A stretch of 64,000 nucleotides of DNA. Source: Camelus dromedarius. Taxonomy: Eukaryota. The position numbers and the translations under genes are program-made. This document shows positions 1 to 12,400 of the stretch, one piece after another. Location of the stretch: contig NC_087472.1 in assembly GCF_036321535.1 (NCBI RefSeq), positions 99,264,001-99,328,000 on the forward strand, read 5' to 3'. Position 1 is the first letter of the stretch, and every line of letters begins with the position of its first letter. The notes below the pieces were generated by a model. It saw nothing but the letters and a program-made list of their open reading frames with translations, was not told the origin of the DNA and did no database searches.

Positions 1-620
1 CCTACATACGCACAGAAAAGTGCACATATCATAAGTATATAGTTTCAAGAATTCTTATAAACTGAACACACCGACGTAACCAACACCCAGATCAAGAATA
101 ACAAAATTACTAGCATCCTGGAAGCCCCTCCTCTGCCCCTTTCCAGTCACTAGTCTCCACTGAGGGTAACCCTTATCCTGACTCATATCACCATATTATA
201 CTTTTGTAGAGGAATCATGCCATATGTATTGTTTTGTGCCTGACTCCTTTTGCTCAACATTACGTTTGAGAGAGTTATGCATGTTGTCGTGCAGAGTTGT
301 AGTTCATTCTCATTGCTATAGAGTATTCCATTGGCTAAATATAGCAAAATGCATTTATCCATTTCTCAGCTGATGGGCATCTGGATATGATGAGTGGTAT
401 TGTCATGAGCATTCAAGTTCATGACTTTTGGTGAACAGGTATATTTCTGTTGAGACTATACCCATGGGTGGGGTCGCTGGGTTATAAGGTGGGCAAATGC
501 TCAGCTTTAGCAGATACTGCAGAACAGATTTCCAAAATGGTTGTGCTATCTGACCCTCCCTCTAACAGTATATGAGTGTTTGGGCACCCCATATCCTTGC
601 CAACATTTAGTATTTTCCAC
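1..620 (-). mobile_element. Ancient L1 3' region (L1ME-like), decayed
   Basis: Typical minus-strand L1M 3' UTR/ORF2-end phrases (agaaaagtgcacatatcataag; tgactccttttgctcaacatt; tattccattg; catatccttgccaacattt). Confidence 0.8.
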
Positions 621-791
621 AGGACAAGCTTTTGACAACACACAGACAGTGTAGAGCATGGCTTTGAGCAGAGGCTAACAGGGATTTAAGGCACAGCCTC
701 CAGATGACCGAGAGATCTCTCCCTTCATAGAGAGTACCCTAGATCTGTGGGGACTCAAGTCTGACCCCAGAAGCACCATTCCCCTCCTTAC

Positions 792-873
792 CCCCATACG
801 CCATCTTGTACTGTCATCAAACACATGCACATACTCAATCTTCTCCATTGCAAAATAAGTAACTTTAGTTCTC
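792..873 (-). other. Candidate internal exon (82 nt) of an unidentified minus-strand transcript
   Basis: Acceptor ttatttatttacttgctttag and donor GGG|gtaagg in unique sequence. Two frames are open (RTKVTYFAMEKIEYVHVFDDSTRWRMG; ELKLLILQWRRLSMCMCLMTVQDGVW). No homolog recognised. Confidence 0.45.
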
Positions 874-1034
874 CTAAAGCAAGTAAATAAATAAACCAGG
901 AAATAAATATACATATCCTTTAACACAGAGACCAGGTAGAAGAACAAATTCTTCCTGGGTAAGACCAACTCTATCAAGAAAAGATACAGGGTTTATCTGT
1001 CCATTTTTCTATCCATCTACCTAAACACATAGGT

Positions 1035-1255
1035 TTTTACTATGAATCAGACCCAGTTCTAAGCCCTTTACAAATATTAATTCATTCAACTCTTACAAGA
1101 CATATGAGATAAACATTTATTATAATTCTAATTTTACAGGTGAGGAAACTGAGGCACAGAGAAGTTGAGTTACTTGCCCAACCTCGTAGAGCTGGTAAGT
1201 GGCAAAGCAGAGATTCTGATCCAGACAGTCTGTGCTCTTGACCTCACATGATGCT
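1035..1255 (-). mobile_element. MIR SINE
   Basis: MIR core attttacaggtgaggaaactgaggcacagagaag...acttgcccaa...gtaagtggcaaagc. Confidence 0.9.
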
Positions 1256-2196
1256 GTCTTTCTTTTTCTGGAATACTCAGGCCTTGAATAACTGCTCATC
1301 TCAGCCAGTCTAATACGTTCCTTTTTACTTTCCCCTTAATATGCCAAGAAGTTTGCTTACTTCATTTGCCCAAATCTAAAGCAACCCCTTAGTTTTCCAG
1401 AGAGAAAATTTTGCACCCCCCACCACAAAATTGGAACCAATGTAAATAATAAACTTGTAGAGCCATAGTTTAAGTAGTTGAATATCTAATTAAAATACTG
1501 TACTTTAAAGATTTCACACATATGTATAAAATTACAAATTAAATAAAGCAATGTGTTGGTAAAGTACTGCTTTTTCCCCCAAACTCATGGGTCACAAGAC
1601 AATTGATTCATCTTGGACAGTTTTCTATAGCTATGCCTCAGTGTCTTCACTGTCACTATAGTTATTTTTAACAGCATCAGCTTCGGTTCATTCTAAGCTA
1701 TTGACATACAGCATCTTTTGATTTCATATATGATGAGATTGTTGGGAATTCTATCTGAAATTAAAGTACCCCTTTGCACACCTTTTTAGAAATTTATTTA
1801 TGCTATGAGTATTATAATCACCATCTCTTTAATGGAGCATCATAATATATTGCTCTATAAAGCAAAGACTAAAAGATTTGCTTACTACAATTTCAAATGA
1901 TTGCGGTGGACTCATAACCCCACTTATAATTACTAATCTGTGTTATATTTCTTTTCTTTCATTTACCTAATCTGTAAAGAGACCTGTATAAACTTCTCAA
2001 ATTAATATTGATTTAGGTTGTTTTAATGTTCTTCCCCAAATGATACGTTATCATTCAAACAAAATTAACCAGACTTTATTATGACTCAAGTAGAGGGTGG
2101 CGATTCCTACTTTCCTAAGGAACAATTATGAAGGAAGGGAGGGATCTTCAGCTCTGAGTTTGCTCTGCCTGGCTAAATCAGAATCCAGAATGTTAC

Positions 2197-3101
2197 TGGA
2201 CCACACTTTTTTTTTTTAACATTTTTTATTGATTTATAATCACTTTACAATGTTGTGTCAAATTCCAGTGTTCAGCACAATTTTTCAGTCATACATGGAC
2301 TTATACACACTCATTGTCACATTTTTTCTCTGTGAGCTACCAAAAGATTTTGTGTATATTTCCCTGTGCTATACAGTATAATCTTGTTTATCTATTCTAC
2401 AATTTTGAAATCCCAGTCTATCCCTTCCCACCTTCCGCCCCCCTGGCAACCACAAGTCTGTATTCTCTGTCTATGAGTCTATTTCTGTCCTGTATTTATG
2501 CTTTGTTTTTTTGTTTGTTTCTTGTTTTTGTTTTTTAGATTCCACATATGAGTGATCTCATATGGTATTTTTTATTTTTCTTTCTGGCTTACTTCACTTA
2601 GAATGACATTCTCCAGGAGCATCCATGTTGCTGCAAATGGCGTTATGTTGTCGGTTTTTATGGCTGAGTAGTATTCCATTGTATAAATATACCACATCTT
2701 CTTTATCCAGTCACCTGTTGATGGACATTTAGGCTGTTTCCATGTCTTGGCTATTGTAAATAGTGCTGCTATGAACATTGGGGTGCAGGTGTCATCCTGA
2801 AGTAGATTTCCTTCTGGATACAAGCCCAGGAGTGGGATTCCTGGGTCATATGGTAAGTCTATTCCTAGTCTTTTGAGGAATCTCCACACTGTTTTCCATA
2901 GTGGCTGCACCAAACTGCATTCCCACCAGCAGTGTAGGAGGGTTCCCCTTTCTCCACAGCCTCTCCAGCATTTGTCATTTGTGGATTTTTGAATGACGGC
3001 CATTCTGACTGGTGTGAGGTGATACCTCATTGTAGTTTTGATTTGCATTTCTCTGATAATTAGTGATATTGAGCATTTTTTCATGTGGACCACACTTTTT
3101 T
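2197..3101 (-). mobile_element. Young 5'-truncated L1 (ORF2 C-terminus + 3' UTR + poly(A)) with 16-bp target-site duplication
   Basis: ORF 2572-3093 is an uninterrupted L1 ORF2 C-terminus ([30 protein letters not shown]...[18 protein letters not shown]...[18 protein letters not shown]). TSD tggaccacactttttt at 2197-2212 and 3086-3101. TT/AAAA endonuclease site on the minus strand. Confidence 0.97.
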
Positions 3102-3289
3102 AAATTAACCTTTCTCTTAAGTTTTTCTTCATCCTTTCCCCTCTCTGCTTCCCCAAACCTGACCTCCATCCCCAGGCTTGACATCTGGATATTTGGCTCT
3201 TTGCACAGAGAATGCTCTCAACCTTAAAGTCACTGGCCAGAAATCAAGGAAATAACAAAAATAATAGTGAAAAGTAATTCTAAAACCAA

Positions 3290-3505
3290 CAAGGGCAGCC
3301 ATTTATTGAGTTCACCCTATATGTTAGGCACCATGCCGTACCCTGTAATCCTCACAACAATAATCTACTAGATTATTATCTCTATTTTACAAATAAAAGG
3401 ACTAAACCTCAGAAAAGTTAAACAATTTGCCCAAGGCCATAGATCTATTAAGTTGTGTGTATTAATCAGACCTGTCTGGTTTTAAAACCTACCTTCTAAA
3501 CCCTA
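3290..3505 (-). mobile_element. MIR SINE
   Basis: catttattgag...taggcacc...aatcctcacaac...attttacaaat...tttgcccaaggccata. Confidence 0.8.
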
Positions 3506-3884
3506 TCATCTCCTGCTGTCACATTTTTAGATGGGCTAACTCTAATCATAACATATTAGATTCATTCTATAAACCTAACTGGGCAAAAAAAAATCACCGA
3601 TTCAAATGCAAATTATAGGGAACAATTTTCCACAAGAGAAGTACTCAAAATGTCTTGATAATTTTGGACCCCGTTTGATACAGCCCAATTTCAAAGCCCG
3701 GACACTGTGAGCAGACCACAGACTAACAGGTTTCTCCTGAGCAGCAAGCCCCATCCCAGACCAAAGATTCACATCCAAAGCGCAAGCTCATCGTGTGCAC
3801 GACAGCGAAGCAACGTACAGAGCTTCTGGAGGCTTCTGTTCAAAGATCCAGGGTCCCTACTAAAATAGCGCTTGGACAACTTAC

Positions 3885-3945
3885 AAATGATATAAAGCAG
3901 AAAAATTTGAGAAATGGCAACCTTCTCAATCTGTTGGGTTTCCTC
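3885..3945 (-). other. Weak candidate exon (61 nt)
   Basis: Donor TTT|gtaagt and upstream pyrimidine tract cctttcttttctatatctt. The acceptor is a weak GAG. Confidence 0.25.
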
Positions 3946-4029
3946 CTCAGAATTAAGATATAGAAAAGAAAGGCCAAGAGGCATTTGGTGTAGAGTTAAA
4001 GAACGTGGCTCTGCCACTGATTGTCCAGC

Positions 4030-4205
4030 CCTGCACAGAGCACTTGTCTTCTTCAACCTGTAAGATGTCAAATAACAGCTGTAACACCTAGTGCATAGAG
4101 GGCTTGTGAGGAATAAACTGGATTGTGCCTGTAAAATGCGTAGCACGTTCTAGCATGTGGGAATTACTTAATAAATGATCATCATTAATGTTCTTCTTAT
4201 TATTA
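4030..4205 (+). mobile_element. MIR SINE fragment
   Basis: cctgtaagatg...gggcttgtgaggaataaa...cctgtaaaatgcgtagcac...cttaataaatg. Confidence 0.7.
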
Positions 4206-4679
4206 TTTCATTCTGTTTTATAAACAGCTTCCACCCAAGATTAAGTGACTGGAGTACCCCTTCTCACCATATTTAAAGGATCTAATGGCCCCCCAGGAAA
4301 ATGGGGGGAGGGGAGAAGAGGCCTGGGTAATGTGAGTGCAGAGCGTCCCCGTCTTTTCCCCTACTCCCTGTTTCTGAGTTTGTTTTGCCACACAGGAACA
4401 CTGCTCGCAGCCCACTCAGTGCCAAAACGCACATCACCATCTGAAGTAACATCTTCAAGATGAAAGGAAAAACAGATAAAAGGATGCCAGCGATGTCTCA
4501 ATTCAAGCCATGGGAAACGTAGCTAAATTTGTCATCCTTCCCATCCCATGTGAACACAAGTGCCTTGTACCTGCCACATAGGAGCTCTATAACTAGTACA
4601 CTGATTGGGGGGAAAAATCTAAATTTAATTCTTAATCATCTTAAATGATGCTAGACCTATTTTTTTTTTTGCCAGCTTT

Positions 4680-5425
4680 TAAAAACTTTTATTATTATGG
4701 AAAATTTTAAAGAAACAAAAGTTAAAAGGGACTCCCCCATGTGCCCATAACCCAGTTTAAAAAGTTATTAATTCATGGCCAAGTGTGTTTCTTACATGCT
4801 CCTCTCCACTTCCCCCCTCCTTTTAGATAATTTTGAAACAAATCCTAGACATCAAATCATTTTATCCTTAAATACTTCGGCAGGTGATGCTAAACAGTGA
4901 TTCTTTTTCTAAAACATAGCTATAATGTCATTATTCTCACTAAAAAATTAATAATTATTCCTTAATAACACTGAATATCCAGTAAGTGTTCAAATTCCCC
5001 CTAGTCTCATATTTTTTTACAGTTTGAGTTAGACTCAAGGTCCATACCTTGCAGTTAGTAAATTAGTAGATATGTCTTTTAAGACTCTGTCAATCTTTAA
5101 CTTCTAATTCATTCTCTCTCTCTCTCTCTTTCTCCACCCACCTCCTCTCATTTTTCAACACAGTCTGGTTGTAGAAAAGAGCATGTTGCTTGTCCTTAGA
5201 GTTTGATGGTCTAGATTTTGCTAATCGCATCCCTATGGTATCATTTAATGTGATCTTCTGTTCCCTTTAAATTGGTAGTAAAATCTAGAGGGTTGATCAG
5301 ATTCTAGTTTGATATTTTAACAAGAAAGACTTCATAGGTGGCATTTTGCACTTTCATTAGGAGACATATAATACCTGTTTGCCCCTCTTTTGCTATGGTA
5401 TCCATTGATGGTCGTTGCCCAGATT
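4680..5425 (-). mobile_element. Ancient L1 3' end (L1MC4/5-like)
   Basis: ttattatggaaaattttaa...ttttgaaacaaatcctagacatcaaatcatttt...caaggtccatac...gacttcataggtgg; same family as the 29.2-30.8 kb copy. Confidence 0.75.
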
Positions 5426-6289
5426 GAATTTTTTAAAGACAAGCTTTTCCTATAGTTTATCCCAATATTTTTAGAAGCTGGATTTAACTGGATTAGGAGC
5501 TAGACACCTAGGGAAGGGATCTAGCCATTTCAGAAAATAAATTGTATCTCATTCCTCTTTATGCCCCCAGCGCTGAGAGCATGGTGCCTGTGACATCACA
5601 GGCACTCCAAAACTGTTAGTCAAATTAAATTGAAAAAGCAATATTTCCTCTAAAATGTAATTTATGCAAAGAAGTACATGCTTTTCTCCTCTCATCATTA
5701 GCTCTTATAGAGTCAAGGACCTCACCACTACCTCAACTCCTAGGCTGCCTGTTCCTTTTAATTTAGTCATCAAATTCTCACATTCATAAAAGAAGAAATT
5801 GCTATGCCTGGAGTTGAGTGGCTGCAAAGGCTAACATTAGTTTTAATTCTTCCATCACATCTGCTCGAATTTCCTCATTAAGACTTCAGGTACAATTTTC
5901 CCACTAGCATTACCTGGGCTGTGTATGCAAATTATATCCCTGCTTACACAATTGAGCATTTAGGGCATGAATATATTTTCCTCCCCTCTGTGATAAGGAA
6001 CAAAAGGAAATTGGGTTCACACAAAGTAGGAGATACCTTTGGATTCTCTTGTTCTACTTTTTAGACAATTCATTGTAACAGTATCTGGCAGGACCCATTG
6101 CCCTGGGGGATCTTGGTTCTGTTTTGCTACACTTCAGCCTCTCTCTCTTGATCTTGACAGATTTAGACAATAGGACCAAGTCAGCATTTAGCTGAGGTCA
6201 ACATAGAAGCTGGTTCTACCCATAGAAATGATCCCAGTTCATCATTTCTAGCTTTGGTCCGGCTGCGACCCTTCACTGTCAAAAGCCCT

Positions 6290-7180
6290 ACAAAAAGTTG
6301 TTTACTTCCACTCTCTCCCCTTCTCCCATCTCATAGCCCCTTCAGTCTCCCGAAGTCTAATTTCTACACTGCCCTCTGTCTCGCGACTGTTGTTGGTCAC
6401 CAACATGTCAAATAAAACAAGTTTTCCTCAGCTCTCATCTCGCGTGATGGTTGTGCAGTTTTCACATTGTTGAGCAGCCCCTTACTTTTGAAACACTTTT
6501 CTCAGTATCTGTCACCACTGATTCCCCTTCTACTCCTCAGACTGCTTTCATTCTCATCTGCTGTTTTCTCTTCCCTTATTAGCCTTTTAAATACTGGATT
6601 TTTTCTACTGCTTTTGCTGAAACCCTCTTCTTTTCTTACTCACTCTTTCCCAATAATTTCATTACCAAGTTTTGGTAATTACCTAATCTCCGTCACTTCC
6701 TCCATCCTGTCTAGGAGTTCAGAATCACATCTCTGGTTGCACATTGTGATAGCTGCAAATGAAGGGCCAAGCAGGACAAATCCAAGTAAAATTCTTACCT
6801 TTTCCAGCTCCTACTCCTTGCCCTCTGTCACTGCCCTCCACAAATCTGTGGAAACCTCAAGCCCCCCACAGTAACCTTTACCCTCTCTTCTCCCCATTCC
6901 CCACATCTAACTGATCATCAGGTTCTTTCTAATTAGTACTCCAGAGGTCTCTCCAAGTCATCTCTTCTGCCCTCTGGCTCTACTTTCCCTAGTTGATATC
7001 CTCTCTGAAGCTGTCATACACACTGCTGCCACAGTTGCTAATATCTTCCTACGACACACATTGTGTGATGTGACCACCTCCTGAAAGATTTCCAGTGGCT
7101 TCAATTTCTATCGGCTGCAGACAACAGCAGCCAAAGCCCTTCATGACATGGACCCAATTTCTCTTTCTGGCCCCATGAGT
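6290..7180 (+). mobile_element. L2 LINE fragment, decayed
   Basis: Pyrimidine-rich L2 ORF2-type sequence (cttacttttgaaacacttt; cccacatctaactgatcatcagg; ttccagtggctt...ccaaagccctt). Confidence 0.65.
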
Positions 7181-8029
7181 CAAAGTAGAGTCTCTGGGGC
7201 TTCCAGAAGCAGAAGAAATTCTAAGAAAGATAGAACTCCTGTGGGAGGAAAGTAAGCCGAAAGGCCTGCTTGAGTAAGGAAACAGCATGAGCAAAAATAC
7301 TAAAGCTGAAAACACTATTTTATTAAAGGAAGAAGAGATAAGCTAATTGGCAAGGAAAGCTGGTGTTGTCATGTAGAGAGAGAGAGAGAGATGGTTCAAT
7401 CAATAGGGTGGAGAAAAATCATTAGCAAGAGTCTTAAAACAAAACCAAACGTGAGTTTAATAACAATGCTGTGTTAATTTCCATGTATATTATCTATCCC
7501 TGCATACAACTTCTCCAAACCTAATACTCTATAGCAGACCCGATAAAATACTGCCAAGTTTGCTGAATGGCCTTATTTCTATTTTAGGCTTTTAATCCCA
7601 ATTGTTAACAACTCCATTAAATATAAAACTTCCTTTCAGAGGTGCTTGGAAATGTGTTACATAAATGCTGCGTATTTCCCTTCTTACTTCTTTCCAGCTT
7701 CTCCAGTTTCTAAAAATAGCACCTCAGCTACTGCTTTGTTCACTGTTCTAGCTGCCACTTGCACACCTATCATGTTCAGAGCCCAAGTGGGACGGGTCAC
7801 TTTCGTTGGCATTTCTTTTTTGTGTCTCCCTTTCTTCCTGCTCATATAGCATTTTCTTAAAATGAAGCTTCTTGCTCCTGAGGAAATTATGTTCTGTCAT
7901 GGGAATGAAAAGGCTCCAAATCATTCTTCTCTTCTGATTTCCACAGTAGCCCCAGAGGACGTCTTTTGCAGCCAATGTAAGAGCTCTCCTATGTACATTA
8001 GGAGGGGAAATAGGAACAATAATTGTGAC

Positions 8030-8260
8030 TGACAGCATTTGTTTAAATGCTAAGACTACGAACCCGACACTGTGCCAGGCACTTCGCATGTATAATCATT
8101 TTCAATCATCACATCACTCCAATGACTGAATATTATTACCCTCCTTTTTCAGACAAGCAAATCAAAACTTGGAGGGGTAAAGAATTTGACCCAAGGTCAC
8201 AAAGCTAAGTGGCAGGACCCACTTTCAGACCTAGATCTGCATGGCACCATAACTCATGTT
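8030..8260 (-). mobile_element. MIR SINE
   Basis: ctgtgccaggcactt...attattaccctcctttttcaga...ttgacccaaggtcacaaagctaagtggcagga. Confidence 0.85.
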
Positions 8261-8307
8261 CTATATGCAGGAAATCATATATAAATTTTGAAACAGAGCG
8301 TGTATCT

Positions 8308-8720
8308 GGTATCTTAGGTTGAGTTCTCCCAGAAGCAGGCCCAGAAGCAAGGATTAGAGTGCCAGTGCTCTGTACACACCAGGAGGGCCGGGAAGGGAAG
8401 GAAGCCAGTAAAGGACGTGCATCCTCCGAGGAACTCTGGGAGACAGCCTCGAGCATGCCGCAGAGTTAATCGAACCAGTAGGCAAGGAAACTGAGGTATC
8501 TCTCCGCCAACTCCCATGTCTGTTATTGGTTGACAGCTGCTGTTGGGGGCGCTCGGAGCTTGCTCTGAGCACAGACTGAGCATGCTCCCCGATCAGAAAA
8601 AGACCTCAGACAGAGAGTCCCAGACATTCAACAGAAAGCAGCCTGCAGCAAGTAGAGGTGAGTACTGGGGGACGTGGGCAGGGCCCCGGGAGTGTCTGCG
8701 GTACATGTATATGGCGCCGG
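8308..8720 (-). mobile_element. ERVL-class solo LTR (LTR33/LTR16-like)
   Basis: tcttaggttgagttctcccagaagcaggccc...aaggatt...gggaagggaaggaagccagtaaagg; related to the copies at 33.4, 46.7 and 57.7 kb. Confidence 0.75.
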
Positions 8721-10842
8721 GAACTAAAAAGTGAGAGAGACATCCCCATCCCCTGGGCACACGCGTTCAGTTACACTGCTTCACACACCATCCTCTGGAC
8801 TCAGCTGAACCAACGGATTTCTCAGCATTTTTCTTCAGTAATTCTCTTTTCTATCTCCAGCTGGGCAATATGAACTTTCAAGGAGTCACAGGAATGACCA
8901 CTAAAAATAGTGGGACCCCTTCCCCTCCTACCCTTCCACCACTGCACACCGGAAATGTCTTCTCGCCAGCGCTAACCTACGCTGTGGAAATGTGTACCCT
9001 CCCACAATAAGAGTTCTCATGCTGCCTCCTCAGGCTGCAAAGACTGCGTACGCTAAGAGTTCCCAGATTCCAACTTTGGAGACCGAGATGAGGCCATTTT
9101 CAAAGATAGGATCCTATCTCTGAAAAACCCTCCTAAAATTTCTTCATTCAAGAGCTTGCAATTCTAAAGTTCTTAAGTTAATAAACATTACCAAAGGAGC
9201 AAAATACTGCATCATTCTTTGGGCTTCAATACCTCACTAAATAATTTCATAGGTTGGGCATTTTAGTAGTAATGACGAATATTAATAATACTAAAGAGTT
9301 CCTGTACATTGATGGTTGGCTGTGTGCCTGGCCATCTGGTTAGCTCACTGTTTCTCACTATAACCCTAAGAGATTTTTGCAGTTTAAAACCCCAAAGCCC
9401 ATGGATATATCCATTGCACTTCCAGGGCACCCATTCCTTTGTGCCCCAAGTTTTATAGACTTGAGAAACAGTCACACAGAGGAATGGAAATGGCTCTGTT
9501 AGATTGATAATAGCCGGGTCTGGGAGAGAGAGTCCTAGGCTGGCCCCGACAGGTAGGGGAGTTTACAATTAGTCTTATTCTCTTTCCTATGTTTGTCACA
9601 TCAGATTTCCCCATCTTCCTCACTTAGCCTCCAACATTTTTCCTCTTCTCATCACTTTGCTCCCTTCCCAGAAAAAGAAGAAAAAAGTCAAAAGTCCAGA
9701 TGGTTAAACAACTTGTCCAAGGGCACATAGGAAATAAAAGGCAGACCCAGAGTCCAAACCTAAGCCTGTTTTTCTTTCCTGCTGTCCCACAATGCCTTTC
9801 TAGCATCCCCTGGGCTGAAATGCCCATGGCCCATTGCCATAAAAACACTAAAGAAATGATTACTAAATAATGGGCTATTTTCATAAATATGAACTATAGA
9901 GTACTTCAGAAAGTTTGAAATATTATAATATCCTGCAAAATGACTGATTTATTAATAGCTACTGCTGTATTCTCCATAAGGAGTCAAACTAATAATGTCA
10001 TCTACATTTGTTCTTGGAAGAAGAATAACTTGTTAGAATGGAAGGAATTCTGAGATCATCTAATCGCCAGCTCACAAACCTGAAGCTCAGAGAAGTTAAG
10101 TAAGTAACTAAAGGACACTCAGCCAGCTAGTTACCAGTCAGCTACGATTAAATCCCGGGTTTCCCAACTTCAGGTCAGAAGCTTTTCCATTCACCCTACC
10201 AAACTGTCTTTTCATTCAGACTGCCCCCTTGGACAACTGCAGATGGTCACAGTTTCTAGCATTGATGCACATTTTGATCAATTCCACGGCCCCGCATTTC
10301 TGACAATTCTCAGAAATGTTTTTCTCACAGGCATTTAGGATAGTGCTATAATCACAGTTTTTTTTTTTTTAATGTCTTTTCTCCGAAAGAAATAACAAGC
10401 CCAAGCTCCAGGCTTCTGCCTCATCGTTACATAATACTTGTCTGGGATTACAAATCACTTGCAAAAGGACAAAGCTTGGGGGAGGCGAGGGTGGGTGTGA
10501 ATCCTTTGTGGTTTCTTGAGTAACGTAAAATGGTTTGTCATTTTCGAGGCCGGAGCCTGTGCTCCTAGATCCATACGTGATCAGGCTCTGGTTGATTATC
10601 TTTGAAAACATGGTTTCTGAGGCCATCCCTGAATCGGAGTGGAATACAGTGGTTGCAGAAAGACCTGTTTTTCTCTCTTCCCTTCCACCCAAGTAAGAGA
10701 ACAGGCTAATAATAAACCAAAGTTCTAGAACTTGAATTTGAACTGAAAATACCTCCGAATAAAACCTATTTCTTCCATCCTGCAAATGGGAGGGGGAAGC
10801 GAGCAGCTAGAGCAGGGACCTGGTGTTATTGTCTGTGAACGT

Positions 10843-10856
10843 CCGCCCTCTGGTGA
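10843..10856 (-). promoter_or_regulatory. CTCF motif
   Basis: Minus strand reads TCACCAGAGGGCGG, close to the CCACNAGRKGGCRS core. Confidence 0.6.
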
Positions 10857-11499
10857 CGAATTTCGGTAATGCTTGGCTCTCAGGAGAAGTAAACAAAATT
10901 ATCATACCAAAAAGAATTTTTTATTGGGGGGGGGGGGGGAGGAGGAGAAGATCTATAGAGAACTCATTAATGTTCAACTTCATAGTCCTAAGTTAGTGGC
11001 TATGGGGGACCCACTGAGAGCTGTGGTAGTTCTCATGGAGATTTGCATAAGAGAAATTCAAAACACTTCTGTTTCTTGGGGAGCTCTGCAAATACCTTGT
11101 TGCTGGGCGTATTTATAGAGAAGTGGAAATAAAGCAACTCCAAAGAGGTAGCGGTGTAAAGATTTTGGCTATTTCTGTTAAACCCTCCCCAAAAGATTTG
11201 AAAGCAATGTGAGGTCCCTTTCGATTTGGGAAGATGGACAAGAATGCCAGAGTAAAGAGAAATACTTTTAAAAGGAGTTTTGACTAAAAACGAATGAAAA
11301 AAAAAATTTAACACAGGACAATAAGCTGTGCCTTCAATGGCAAATCGTCCATTGATGGGTCTTGTTTTTCTACTCTTTTTGCCTCCTTGTAAAAGCCTTG
11401 CAAGCTGCCGCGTATCTTTACTTCACTATTTAGATTGAAAGGGCAGTGAGAGAAAGCCAACGCCTTTATTAGGCATTCCACTCAGCCTGATTCCATTGC

Positions 11500-12400
11500 C
11501 TAGTTCCAGCTTACATTTGATAAAGAACGAATTCCAGTGATCTACGGTTAGCTGCTAGGAGCGGAGGATTTTCCCTCACAATTGCCTTCCCTGCTTCTCC
11601 TTTTTCACTCTCCCCACCCACCCACTCCTAATTCAGACCACCTAAGCTGCCTCCATTATTCATCCAGCTCATTCCTCACCATGCGGTGCACGGGCACCCG
11701 CGTTTATTGCCTTAGCGATGCTCAGTTGAACCTCTTGGTGCAGGAGAAATACAAAATCAAATCAGTTGCTTGAGTCTAGCACTCACGGGGACTGAGCACA
11801 AGTTTCGCAGGACCCACACTTAGCCAATCAAGCGGGAGCCCATCAGCCACCGGTCCACATTACATAAGGCAGCAGCGAGGCCAGCAATGGGCTGGGAAGG
11901 AAGATCACACCGCCCCAGCTTCACCCACGTGCTTGGAGACTCTCCACCAGCCCCTTGTGAGAAGCAAACCCAGATGTCTGTAGCTGTGCGTATATTTTGT
12001 ACCAGGCAGCAAGCACACGAGTATAGAATAGACTCTCTCTACATTTGTGTGTTCAGAAATTGAAATACTTAGCAGAATTCATGTTGCCCCAGGGGAATAC
12101 AGAAAAGCCCTTTCCTTTTTGAAATTCTTTCAACTCTTTATTAAGGAAAACAGTGTGTTGGGGATGCCTTTAGCTCATTAGTTTTACAACCTGGTCAGCG
12201 CGTGTTTAGTGACTAGGACGAACAGAGCAGCTGTGATCACAGGAGGGTAACCCAAATTCGTTCTTCCTGCTCCTTGCCTGAGCTTTCTCACTTGGCTCAT
12301 CTGTGGGAAGAAAAGAGGGCATCGCGAGAAATTGAATTCCTCTGTGATAACGTGGATCATAGCTGCAAAGGTTCCGGACTACATTTAAAGAAGTCTAAAT
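11500..12400. promoter_or_regulatory. Promoter/enhancer-like region with candidate minus-strand exon ending in ATG
   Basis: Repeat-free and retains CpG. AGCCAATCA (NF-Y) at 11822-11830, D-box TTACATAA at 11860-11867, GC box ccgcccc near 11910, E-box CACGTG at 11926-11931. Minus-strand ...gcaccgcATG|gtgagg donor at 11680/11679. Confidence 0.55.

Noticed and set aside
1400..2050. Possible decayed DNA-transposon internal sequence (also about 18.8-19.3 kb and 19.7-19.9 kb)
   Set aside because: It is AT-rich with only a vague resemblance; I could not identify TIRs or transposase motifs without a Dfam search.
2572..3093. 173-aa ORF as a cellular gene
   Set aside because: It is the C-terminus of L1 ORF2 inside a truncated insertion, with no promoter or true start.
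6467..6874. Hydrophobic Leu/Ser-rich ORF resembling a membrane protein
   Set aside because: It is a by-product of pyrimidine-rich decayed L2 sequence.
8861..9010. Plus-strand acceptor followed by a 49-codon open frame
   Set aside because: There is no recognisable homology or partner exon, and single acceptor-like sites are common. The same applies to the candidates at about 4396 and 7946.
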